A stretch of 64,000 nucleotides of DNA from Botryllus schlosseri (taxonomy: Eukaryota), in contig CM119371.1 in NCBI GenBank assembly GCA_051294905.1, positions 3,164,001 through 3,228,000 of the forward strand. Reading direction: 5' to 3'. Under the pieces are notes generated by a model. It worked only from the letters and a program-made list of their open reading frames with translations, was not told where the DNA came from and made no database searches. The translations under genes and the position numbers were made by a program. Below are positions 13,261 through 25,640 of this stretch, one piece after another (the stretch's first letter is position 1; the number at the start of each line of letters is the position of its first letter).

Positions 13261-15873
13261 GGCGCGGAAATATTTTTATGTTTATTATGAAATTAGCTTG
13301 TGTTTATTATGAAATTATTTGGTTTATGCTGTAAAAGAGTTTTTTTTATTAAAAATCCCTGTGACATGATTGAGTTAATCAAACACAGCGCAAATAATTA
13401 CAAATCGACTGCAGTAGATATTCTTTTATGATATACGAAGGAGGATGACACGAATGTCTTATAATACTCTAGAAATTCATTTAATTATCTTGTGTTAATT
13501 ACGAAATCACTTGGCTCATGCTGTAAAATACATTGCATCGTGAAAAGTTATTATATGTTATCTCATAAGTTAGAGTAAAATTTGAACTCGTTTGAAAATT
13601 AAGATTCAGTACTTGATTATCAAATTAGATTTAGTTGAGTAAACGTGAGGAGTTATAAGTTATTCTACTGAAGTTTCTATGAGGTGAGGTGCTGTTAAAA
13701 ACCACTAACTTGATTATTTCGGAATAGAATAGACGACCAACTTCATTCGTCAACCGTCATAAGACCCCTCATACATACATACACACTTACATTAGCTGAT
13801 TGGGACTGTCTGTCCTTACGAGGATGCTTGACAAAAAACGCGGAAAAGGTCTTGAACAGTAGTTGCGGACTTGCTTGCACTAATTACTAGCTACATAATA
13901 CAACAAGTTACGACTCGTTGATGTAACTGTCCTCATTTGTATGCATAGCCTACCAGAAATTGGTTACTCAGGGGGGTACTTTTTTGCAGATTGCAACAAC
14001 ATAGCCATATATGTATTTGTTGCGTATACACAATATTTGTATAAGACGGTATTTGAAGGTGGAGATGAACTAACGAAATTTGGTGTCGTAAGGTAGCTAA
14101 TTATAAACTGTCGTAACCTTGTATCGCTATGATGTCATATAACACTGTTCTAAGTCCCAAGGCTATTACTGGAGAGCTCACCGAGTGAATATCATTAGTC
14201 AAGATGAGCAAACAGAACGAATATAAGCTCATCGTAACATATACTGCTATTTGACAGACTTGACTTCAAATATATGGAAAAGTAATTATGTAAGTCCTAA
14301 AATATGGTCAAGTGTACGTGTAGAATTAATATTAAATGAGATTCACTTGTTACGCTCAAGTACAGGTTGAAGAAGAGATTTCCAAGTGGGTGAATGAGCT
14401 AGTTTTTATTCCAAATCTTATCTAAAATTGAAACTGTCAAGTACCGATAAAGTAGTCTAAAACCTAGTAACTTTTTACGTGGAGGGAGTCCATAGCGAAG
14501 TACTTGTACATTTTGAAGTACTCAAGTATAGGTTTGGTCTGCTTGTGCTATACTTAATCAAGTCATTAACTTTTTTACACTGCATCTACTTCTATTTCAG
14601 AGTTTTCGGTTTTCGACCAAATTATACCTACAATACTTACTTTTTAACTCACTCGGAAATCATCACTTCTTGTACTTTACTAGGAATTTACTGCTACTAA
14701 AATATTGAAACGTACTTTTTCTGTGGTCCAGTGGTATTGGTGAGCGTTGTCAGTTTCATCTATATCCTACGATGCATTTTCGCGCTGCAGAATGACTTAC
14801 CGCAATAAAAATACCAAAAAATACATCGAGAATTAACGAACTCTCACTGTGCAATATTTGAGTTTTACGAAGTAGCCTTCAAAGTGAACTTACATGTTGG
14901 ATATTATTCAAAACCTAATAAAATTTCGCGTCGAGCGAGGAATCCTTTAAAATAAGATAGAAGTAGTCATTTCCGAGTAAGTAAACCGTTAGTACTCCAG
15001 GTATATTTCCGCTTAATACTATAACTATCATGAAGTTGAAGCACTCCAATATCATATGGATTTGAGAGTATTTGGTGCATCGAGGCGAAAAACCTACTTG
15101 GGTAGGCTACTCCGAAGAAGTGCGAGTACTTCTTTCCTTAACAACTCCGAAGGTTAGCACAGTTTGTGGTATTTCGATTACCTGCTAATAAAATGTTGAA
15201 ATGTAATGTACTTTTTTCAGGGGTCTTGATGAATTGTACCAGTTTCATCTATTTCCTATAATGCATTTCACCGTCCCGAATGACTTATCACCATGAAAAA
15301 ATAGCAAAAATATATCGAAAATTTGCGAAGTCCTACTATGCGATATTTCAGTTTTTCAATTTACATTTCGGAATTAGCCAAGTTGGATATTAACGAAAAC
15401 CATGTAAAATTTCACTCCAAGCGTTATGGCTTTAACTCGAGCAAATACGTATTTCAAATTTTATGAGTGAAATAACCTTCCTTATGTTAAATCTACATAG
15501 GGTAGAATAAATCGAAAAAATTAATTCGGAAGCCCGGGCATCGAGATATAGCTCACCGTCACACCGCAGTCCAATAACGAGAGTGGAATAATATAGAAAT
15601 CATACCGAAGCATTGTAAAAGTGACGTTTCTTCGTTTATGCATTTAAAATTTCACATTATAAAAAGTTAGTATTCAAGGTCCATTTTTGTTTAATACTGA
15701 AACTGTCTTGAATTCGAAACAGGTCTATATCATAAACACTTGAGTAGTTGGTGCATGTAGCCAAAAACCTACTTGACTACTTTGAAGAAACACATGTACT
15801 TCTCTGCTCAACATCTCTGAAAGGTAGAAGTGGAGATATAGTCTACAAACAACCAGTTACTCACTTACTTACC

Positions 15874-15910
<37 letters not shown>

Positions 15911-18900
15911 TGAAATCTGTACTTTTACTTGTATTCGAGCAGAATTATGCGATGTTGAGTACCATCTGACGGCGTCTATCACACTGCTGGAAAATTAAGG
16001 TTCAGTACTCGAGTATCAAATTAGATTTAGTTAAGTGAACGTGAGGATTTATAAGTGATTCTACCAAGTTTCTATGAGGCTAGGTGTTGGTAAACCACGA
16101 ACTTGATTATTTCGGAATATAGAATAGAAGACCAGCTTCTGTCGTTAAGCATCATTAGACCAATCATTCATACATACATACTTACATTATTTGCTTAGGG
16201 CTGTCTATCCTTATTAAGATGCTTGCTAAGAACATGGTAAATGCATTGAACAACAGCAGTTGCGGCATTACTCACACCAATTACTAGGTACATAATAACG
16301 CAAGTTAACACACGTTGGTTCGATCCCGAGTTTACGTGCATCAATTACTAGCTACATAATACTATATCTTAACACTTGTAGAACACGATATTTGCTCATG
16401 GAGAACTGCCGATGGTTTCGAAGTCTCACTTCATGGTATTACATTATATGCTTTAATCAACATGACGACTTGACACTGGAAAAACACTTTCACGTTATTC
16501 AATAACTCGTTTCTCGAAACTTGTTGCTTGTGTGATTTACAACTGCGGTGTGCAAAGGGTTGGGAACGTTAGAAATATAGTTGTACAATCTACATTCTAT
16601 TTGTTTTGATGTAAGGGAAAATCATTCGATTACTCGATACTTCTCGTTAGTAAAGTAAATTGTTTGCGCGTTAGCTTTGTGGAACGAAAGTCAAATACAT
16701 ATCTACTCTTTTGTGGAAGTTACAAGATTACTGTGATGACATTGATAGGTCTCTCAAGCAGTGATCATGGTTTTGTTTTTGAAAGATGTCGCGATGTCGG
16801 TATATTATTTTCTAAAATACAAACTCGGACGAAATCATGAATGTGTAGGACTTACCTTAAACATATATTGTGCACACACAACTTTGGTACAAGAACTATG
16901 ATATTCTTGTAATACTAGTTCTGTGTTGGGTTATTTGAATATTAAGATACGTGACCACTCATGTAAAAAAGTTATTTTGATATCAAAAACATTTTGTAGA
17001 GACTATATCCTTCTATAGTTCGAAAACGCGTCTATTCATTCTTCAGTTTCGTAGTACGAAAATATCGACTAAAGTCGATTACTCATTCATCAGCAGTGAA
17101 TTTCTAGTAAAGTACAAGAAGTGATGATTTCCGAGCTGCTAAACAAGTAAATGTTGACTTCTTCAGAGTATACTCAAGTAAGTTTTTAGTGTACATGTAC
17201 CAAATACTCTCAAGTGTTTATGATATTATACTGCTTCAAATCCACTATAGTTTCAGAATTAAGCAGAAATTGACCTAGAATACTAACATTTTACTTAGTC
17301 GGAAATAGCTGCTTCCACCTTAATTCAAAGGATTTGTCGCTCGGAGCGACATTCTACGAGGTTTTGGATAATACCCAACATGTAGGTTCACTTCGAAGGA
17401 TAATTTGTAAAACTCAATTATCGTATAGTGAGACTCCGCCAATTCTCGATGTATTTGTGCTATTTTTCATTGTGATAAGTCATTCTGAAGTGTGAAAACG
17501 CATGGTAGGATATAGATGAAACTGGGCCCGCTCATCAAGGCCAATGGAAAAGTACATTTCAACATTCTATTACCAGTAAATTTCTTCCAAAGTACATGAT
17601 GTGCTGATTTCCGAGTGACTAAAAAAAGTAAGTATTGAAGGTAATATTTGTCTGATAACTGAAAACTCTAGTCTAAACAGATAATCGCTTGATTAAGTAT
17701 AGCCCAAGCAGGCGAAACCTATACTTGAGTACTCCAAATAATCAATTATTTCGATATCGAGAGGGTTTGGATGATATCCAATATGTATGCTCACTTTGAA
17801 GGATAATTCGTAAAACTCAAATATTTCGCAGTGTGGGTCTGCAGATTCTCGATGTATTTTTGATATTTTACGATGCGATAAGTCATTCTGCTGTGCGAAA
17901 ATGCATGATAGGATATAGATGAAACTGACGCTGCTCATCAAGGCCATTGAAAAAAGTACATTTTACCATTTTAGTAGCAGCAAATTTTTAGTAAAGTGCA
18001 AGAAGTGACGATTTCCGAGCGAGTAAGTCACCACTCGGCCAACTCAGTAGTTATTTACGGCATTTAGCCTCAGCTATGCGACTGGTATTTAGAGCTAGCA
18101 GTGATATCCACCAAGTCATTTGTGTTTTTGTTATTATAGAGCACGTGATTGAATCGCTACGACTAACGCATTGCTGTCTAACTCATTGGGGAATAGATTT
18201 TTCAATGGTTAAGTATTTAGAGCTAACAATGCGGTATGGGATCCACTAAGTTCGAACAATTGGGTTTTGTTATTGTCAAATACCGCGCACCTATTGCGAT
18301 ATCAGCTCTCCGCATTTTGTTGTATTTAGGGCTATTGCGCAAGCTATCTCTAATATGCTGCAATATATACAGGTTCGGACTTGTCTAGGGTATTCACTTC
18401 CCGTCCACTAGCTTTTCAAGACGCATTGATAAGCGCGCGTATTCAATTACCTAATCGTTGGATGAACATTCCTGACAAAGGCATAGATGTCCCCAGGGAA
18501 CCAAGCTAACTTCGCTTCTATTATTTTTACATTGTTTGCAAAGCACGGTATTTTATAATTCCATGAGACTTCAGTAGTTCTAGAATCCCGGATTAATGAG
18601 AGTTGAATAAACCTCACAATGATAAGATATTCAGTAATAATATAGAAATTGGCTTATATTGTGAATATCTAATCATTGTGAAATTAGCAATTATCTCATG
18701 TTGTTGATGAAAATGACCAGCTTACGTTCTTACTTGCAGGCGTCCAGATGTAACCGTTCTAGTATATTTAAATATCTTTCTATGGAGACAGCGTTAATTT
18801 TTTATTCTTGGCTTAACGTATAAATAACCTACTTGTATACATTAGATGAAAGTATTTATGAGATATCGTAGCAAAGCACATATTGTATGTTATCTATTTA

Positions 18901-20208
18901 TTTCGCGATAATCGATTACTACTACTACATTTATCAGAGTACACTCTGCTAGGGTTTGCCTAGTGACAGTACTTACTCAAGTCGATTTTGTAAAAACTTT
19001 TATACTGGGAATTTTGAAAAATAAATACAAATTTTTTAAATCGTCGAACACTTTACATCAAATTTAGTAAAGTAGAAAGAAACTACTTTTTCCAAAGTAC
19101 TAAAGACCTTTACACTACAGTTTTGTAAAATAAATCCTAATACAACGTAAGATGATTATTTTCATCAACAACACGAGATAATTGCTAATTTCACAATGAT
19201 AAGATATTCACAATATTCGCCAATTTTTTTTTATATTATTACTTTGTTAGATTTAATATTAAAATTATTTTTAATAATCATTGAAATCATGTAGATTATA
19301 ACAGTGAACTTCTTTTATACAAACTAATTTATCAACTATACAAGATAATCGATAATTTAACTAAAAATCAATAAGATATTCACAAAGCAACAATATTATT
19401 AAAAAGATGTTCAGTTCACCCGTTATAAGCTACAATGATTTCAATGAATAATGAAAAAATATTATAAATAATTGTTGTTTCAAAGTTAGAACCAAAGCAA
19501 TAATATTTAAAAAGTGGAATATTTGAAAATATTTAAATCATGCTTTGGTGCTTATAATAACGTAAGCTGATCATTTTCATCAACAACATGAGATAATTGC
19601 TAATTTCACAATGATTCGATATTCACAATATTAGCCAATTTTTATATTATGACTGAATATGTTATCATTGTGAAATTAGCAATTATCTTGTGTAGTTGAT
19701 GAAAATAATCAGCTTACGCTGTTATAAGCTCCAAAGCATGGTTTAAATATTTTTTAAATATTCCATTTTTGAAAAAAATATTACTTTGGTTCTAACTTGG
19801 AATAATAATTATTGATAATATTTTTTTGTTATTAATTGAAATCATTACAATAATATTTAAAAGATGTACACCGTTATAAGCTACAATGATTTCAATGAAT
19901 AATGAAAATATTATCAATAATTATTATTCCAAAGTTAGAAGCAAAGTAATATTATTTAAAAAATGAAATATTTAAAACATATTTAAATCATGCTTAGGAG
20001 CTTATAACAACGTAAGCTGATCATTTTCATCAACAACATGAGATAATTGCTATTTTCACAATGATTAGATATTCACAATTTTAGCCAATTTTTATATTAT
20101 TACACATATTCAATCTACAGCGTACAGCGAATAATCATGTAATAAATATTACACGTTGTATACTGCCTTGCACTTGCTTCAACTGCAATAACAAAGGCGA
20201 TCAACGCA

Positions 20209-20664
20209 ATATTGACGTAATCATATCTCAGCGTTACTAAAGTAATCAACTACGCATATGACGTAATCATTACTGAACATGCTTCAACTGTAATACGCAA
20301 TCATAATGACGTAAATATTTCTCAGTGTTATTGGACTGGAACTAGACGCAATCATGACGTAATCATATCTCAGCATTACTGGAACTAAGCAAAGACGCTC
20401 TCGAAATAACTAAAGTAATCAACTGCGCATATGACGTAATCAATACTGTACATGCTTCAACTGCAATACGCAATCATATTGAAGGTAATCAACTTACGCA
20501 AACATGACGTAATAAATATCTCAGCGTTACTGGACTGGAACTATGGCATCTCTCGCACAACCAAAACCTCTCTCGTATTGGAACCACACCCACTTCGTTC
20601 TGCATTCTGATTGGCTAACAGATGTCACGTGATCAAATACTCGACGCTGATTGGGGCGCGCCTC
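20209..20664 (-). promoter_or_regulatory. Mirror copy of the subterminal motif cluster, right arm
   Basis: Reverse complement of 5820-6275. Confidence 0.5.
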
Positions 20665-21029
20665 GTTACCGTGTATAATACTACTATAATATATTAGGAA
20701 ATTACCTCGCGGGCCACGTAAAACCCTCTCGCGGGCCACATTTTACCCGCGGGTTGGCCAGCCCTGATATAGACAGGCCCATTCGATAATTTCAGAGCCG
20801 GAGCCGGAGCAGTGGTAATAATGCGGCTCCGGAGCTGGAGCCGGAGCTAATCTATGATAGAAGAAAGCTCCGGAGCTGGAGCTGGAGCAGTTTAAATTTA
20901 CGGCTGCTCCAAAGCCCTGCTTACCGCCCCTTCAGACGCTTTCACGACCCCGAAAGGTACGCGTCCCACAAGAATCACTACTGTATGGGAAGTAAGCTGA
21001 CATTGCCAAATTAACTGTGAATTGGTTTA

Positions 21030-22400
21030 CACGAGTCGTAAACTCAAATATATCACATTTCAGAGACCTTTGCCGCTAAGTAGTTTTATCAAACTTATCC
21101 CACATACACCGCAAGCAGGTTTATGGTACGATCCAAGTGGCAACGAAGCTGGGACACGCTGCTTTGTCAAAATAAATTTTCCCGCAGGCTTTTGAAATGA
21201 AGAATGATATGAAATAATGATTAGGGAAGTTACCAGTGGAAGATTCCAATGAAGAAAAAACTGCTAAGAAACCCCACAAGTATATGTTATCTTACCGATA
21301 TGAAATTATATTGCACGATACATATTACCGTCCCATCGCTTTAGTTTGCCAACAAACTGTTTTATGCCTTCGTGAAGCTATGCCAGTGCCAGCAGCATAA
21401 GTTATCTCATCTTCCATGAATTCTACTAATTGCGCAGTTCCTGTACCAGGCTGCATATTCGTAACATATATTGCCACTTCAACTGCACGAAAATCGTACA
21501 TTGCGTTACAGCGCAATGAGAACATCCTGCTATTGCAACCTTTGATTTAATATCGAACTCTAAAATGAAGCTCCTGTTATGCATCGAATTCATATTATGC
21601 CTGTAAGGAGAGTAATGGATCATTTTATACAATTACAACGTTTTCTGTACCATAGTTTTGTTGTGGCTGCGCAATCTCTAAATTGTTTACAACATTGCCT
21701 TTTCCAAGTGCTTTCGGCGCGTGAGGCGAAATCAGGGATGATTAGTTCTCAAGAGTTTCGGCTGTTACTCATCACTATGGACGAGCTATCTGTCCGCCTG
21801 AAAATTATCATCAATGTAGTGTACAGTTCATCGTTACAAGTATCAGCATAATATTTCAGTTGGTTGGTGACAGATATTGGTGAAATAAGCTCTATACGGA
21901 TTACGTCGACATTGCCATGTCATTGAGTGTTTATTTTTTATACGAGTCGTGAAATTACATATATCATAGTTTTACCAAATTTATGTCGTACACGGTAAGC
22001 AGGTTTATAGCACATTATCTGAGTGACAAATTAGCTGGGATAGGCTACTTCGTCATAATAAATTCTACTCAGGCCTTTCATGGAAGTGTGATATCAAATA
22101 ATAACGATGAAAGTAGCCAGTGGAAGATTCCATTGAGAAAACAACTGCTTCAAAGCCCTATAATGCTATGTTATCTTGTCAATATGTAATTATATTCCAT
22201 AATAAACATTAGCAACACTTCGCTTTAGCTGTTCGCAAACTGTTTTATGTCTTTGTGACGCTGTGTTCATAATAGCAGTATAGGTTATCCAATCCAGCAT
22301 AAACAATACTAACTTAACAGTGCCTGTACCAGACTGCATACTCGTCACATATGCTGTAACTTACTGCACGAAGCTCGGGATTGCGTTACATCGCTGCGAA
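21030..22400. repeat. Diverged direct duplication (about 21030-21520 vs 21940-22400)
   Basis: Colinear shared blocks such as ACGAGTCGT.AAA, AGCAGGTTTAT, CCAGTGGAAGATTCCA, ATGTTATCTT, CCTGTACCAG.CTGCATA. Confidence 0.75.
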
Positions 22401-22710
22401 CGGATTCCTGTGCGGTGTATGAGTTCACATGTATGCATTCTAAGCCGATGACGTGAGTCAGCTTGCTATTGCTTCCGCTCTGCAAGCAACCCGATCTATT
22501 ATCGAACTGAACTAGATAAGTATGCTATTACTTTGCATTTCACTACAGACATGCATGCGATTCCACGCGCCTTAATAGCGTGACTGTTTATTCCAAGAAT
22601 AAACATTTTTGAACTGCATCAATGACGATATTTCATAGTTCACAATTACATATAGAACGTGATGCGATGATAATCCACGTACACATTCATAAGATACAGT
22701 TTAAGGTCAG

Positions 22711-22950
22711 ATCAGTGGCGAGTAAATTACTTGTATGATCCACAGCTGCAATGGCAATGGATTGAGGATTCGAGTCCGACCGTGGTGTTGGAAATTAATC
22801 TAGGTTCTTCTTCGCCATATCAGCCGTAAAAGCCTAGAAGTGGAACGTGCTATATAAGTCGGCAGCTACTGAATAAAAATGAAAGAAATTGGCCTGGTGT
22901 AAATGACCAGAGAAGTCGACAAACACCATGAATACCACAAACAACAAGAA
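22711..22950 (+). mobile_element. tRNA-derived SINE-like repeat
   Basis: B-box-like GGATTCGAGTCC; conserved body (AAGTCGGCAGCTA...AATTGGCCTGGT...AAACACCATGAA); (ACA)n-like tail; copies at about 35365-35580, 42925-43135 and 61009-61575. Confidence 0.6.
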
Positions 22951-23369
22951 GGCTATATTGTTTATAGGTAATATAAATGTATAAACCGTATCAGTTTATT
23001 CAAAACTATATATACGAGATTTGGTAATGACTTAAGGTGAATACGGTACACGTTAGCAGTCTATAGAAAATATTTACATTGGTATAAATCAGGGGTACTA
23101 GGCAATCTATGGTTCTTTTGATGACATATGCCTCGCAGAGAAATATAAAATGTGATTTATTAAGTATTATTGAAAATCAAATTGAAAGCAAAATCGAAAT
23201 CTCTTCCAAATCTGCTTTGTTATTCTTCATCAGAAATACACATTCGTGATGTACTTTGCACGGTATACATGCAACGCATCGCCTGACTTTCTATGATTCT
23301 CATAAGGAAAATACAAGTGAAACGAATTGAGGAATATCGACTGCATCTAATATCGAAATTTCAGGTCAG

Positions 23370-23835
23370 TCGGGTGGTAATGACTTGAGTCGTGTCTCGA
23401 CTCGAGTCGCGATTTTTCAGTAACTAGACTTTTCTCGACTCGAAGCAATTTGTGTATTGACTCGACTTGTACTCGAGTCAATACACATGACTCAACAAGT
23501 CATAAAACTCATGACTCGGACGGCCTAGACAGGCATTTCGTTGTAACTTCGAAAAATAGTAGCCTGCGCTACCACATAATGCTAGGCAATAAATATCCAC
23601 CGAACATAGTTACAAAAAGGTGAGTTGAACATGATTGACCTTGAAAATGAACAGGTAACACCATGACTTGGACACGAGTCTCAACACTGTGGCTATGGAC
23701 TAAAACTGTTGAACCATGACTATGACACGGAATTGGCTCGGTGGTGATTAAAAAATGACTCGACTTGACTCGAGTTAAAACTAATAATGTAGAATTGATT
23801 ATGACTCGGGATCTTGTGACTCGGTTACAACCCTG
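23370..23835. mobile_element. GACTCGAGTC-family hAT MITE, opposite orientation to 426-2839
   Basis: Ends in GGTTACAACCCTG; body similar to both ends of the 426-2839 element; no clear TSD. Confidence 0.75.
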
Positions 23836-24296
23836 GGATATGGTAATGTTTGATAGATCACGACCCAGGCGCAAAATTAATTGATGTGGCCTCGAAAAAT
23901 ATTCTTGACACGCGGATTTCGAAAATATTTGCCAAACAATTTCGAAAAATTAAAAATTCGACACGGTCTAACAGCATAAATATTACCATAAATATGACCT
24001 ATTACGGCGTTCCAATTATTCACTACAAAGTAAGTCACATGGTTCCAAGTCACAAGTCAATCGTACTTTTCTGTAATTAATGGAGTCGAGTCATTTTGAA
24101 TTCATAATCGAGTCAAGTCTAATTCGTGGTGGAAAAGGTCGCGCCCGAGTCTAAGCAATTGTGTCCACTGTTCAGTTTCGAGTTCAAGTCATGTTCAACC
24201 CAATTTTTTACAACTCTGCTCGAGTGGTATTGAATGCCTCACATTCATAATGTGCTGATTTCTGTCATTCTCAACAATTTCTGACCACTATTTTGC

Positions 24297-25158
24297 AGTG
24301 TTGGGATGACTTGTGTGAACTTTTTCGTATGACTTGACTTGACTCGAGTCACTTTGCCAAAATGACTTGACTTGACTCGGCACTTCAGAAATGTGGATTG
24401 ACTCGTGACTCGGAGCTAAATTCACGAATCAATTTCAGGTCATCAAGTAAACTGGCTCGATTAAATATATGTGTGTTGTGTATGTTAGGATTGTACGCCG
24501 ATGTCACTTGTGAGAATAACCATTCATTCACTGATTGTACATTTCACTGATCCTCCCTAGTTACATCACAAATAAATTGACCGCAAAAGAAATGATCACA
24601 GCCTACGTTGTAGTAGTTGTAGATTAATATAATTCTAATGGCGACGCGTGTCTGTTTCTTAGACGGCTCAGTGCTCACCTTTACCAATCCTATTGTGTGA
24701 TTTAAATCGAACGAATATAGTTTATGCGTCTATAATCTCACGGATGTGTAGATGGATGGGTAGCGTATTGTACGACATCCATTTGTTTCAACTTCCCGAG
24801 GCTTCGAATACGATCCTCAATTTGGGGTGATAATAACAGACTGTAGCATGGAGCTATACAGTTACTCACTTATTTTATTATGCGTGCGTGACACACACAT
24901 GTGTGAGCGACACAACATATTTTTACATGTATTCAACTTTATATTCGTTATTTCATTCAGGATAAATAGCCTTGATCTGTCCTTCACGCACCGAGCAAAA
25001 TGTGATGACTTTAAATCATTAATCATGCTTCGAAAATTCAATTTGACTTGAAATGTGACTTGACTTGTGACTTGACCTGACTTGACTCGAGTCACCTCCA
25101 AAAACCGAGTGACTTGACTTTACTTGGAAGAAAACGGTAATTTTCCAATGCGTCACAC
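24297..25158. mobile_element. CAGTGTTGGGAT-family hAT MITE with GACTT/GACTCGAGTC repeats
   Basis: Same start and body as copies at 35712-36590 and 43269-43830; right end degenerate. Confidence 0.7.
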
Positions 25159-25159
25159 T

Positions 25160-25640
25160 TCGACCCATTCTTTGGCTACATTCCTCAAGTACGATTTACG
25201 AGTGCAAGTGTGTTTGTAAACAAGATGGTCAAGCATTCTGCCTCTGCCAGGAGGGACTTTGTTTGATTTTTTGGCCTCTCCCTCGAAGCCTGTATGTTCT
25301 CATCGTCCTTTTATCTCGATACTTTTTCTCCACAATCTAGTTTCCCGATGGGATTTTCCGTTTCCTATGATTCAGTTAACGCAGTTTTTCATCGCTGGCC
25401 GTCGCGCCGAAGTTGCCTTAGAACCGAAGTCGTTTTTTCAGTGTTATGTTTTTTTCTCGTGAGTGGCCGAATCTTACAATGACTTTCTCTTGAAATGTTG
25501 TCAGTTGGTACTCGATTTCGGATCGGCATCATTCGACGAGTCAAATTCCTCTTTTTTCTTCTGCTTTGTGAGAAATGTCGCTTCACGCTGGACTTTCTTT
25601 CGCTGGTCTTTCTTTCCGAGCGCTTTCCTAGAAGATACGA
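25160..25640 (-). pseudogene. RBM28: RBM28/NOP4-like basic C-terminal exon remnant (exon D)
   Basis: K/R-rich frames including SHCKIR (compare the PSH.GPKIR motif); lies in the expected position after the RRM4 exon; stops and frameshifts. Confidence 0.45.

Larger units (their letters stand above)
5799..20685. mobile_element. Giant palindromic non-coding element with Polinton/Maverick-like termini
   Basis: Arms 5799-13218 and 13261-20685 are reverse complements; ends AGTAGTATTATACAC / GTGTATAATACTACT; exact 6-bp TSD ATAATA (5793-5798, 20686-20691); longest ORF in the track within it is 84 aa. The palindrome is seen directly; the Polinton assignment rests on the termini and TSD only. Confidence 0.8.
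5193..20766. mobile_element. hAT-Charlie-like non-autonomous element, split by the palindrome
   Basis: Exact 8-bp TSD ATATAGAC (5185-5192, 20767-20774) with central TA; imperfect ends CAGAAATGGCCACC / GTTGGCCAGCCCTG; GCGGGCC motifs near the right end. Confidence 0.8.
4743..20919. mobile_element. hAT-type MITE with GGAGCC repeats, split by later insertions
   Basis: TIRs CAGGGCTTTGGAGC / GCTCCAAAGCCCTG; exact 8-bp TSD CTTACCGC (4735-4742, 20920-20927). Confidence 0.88.
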
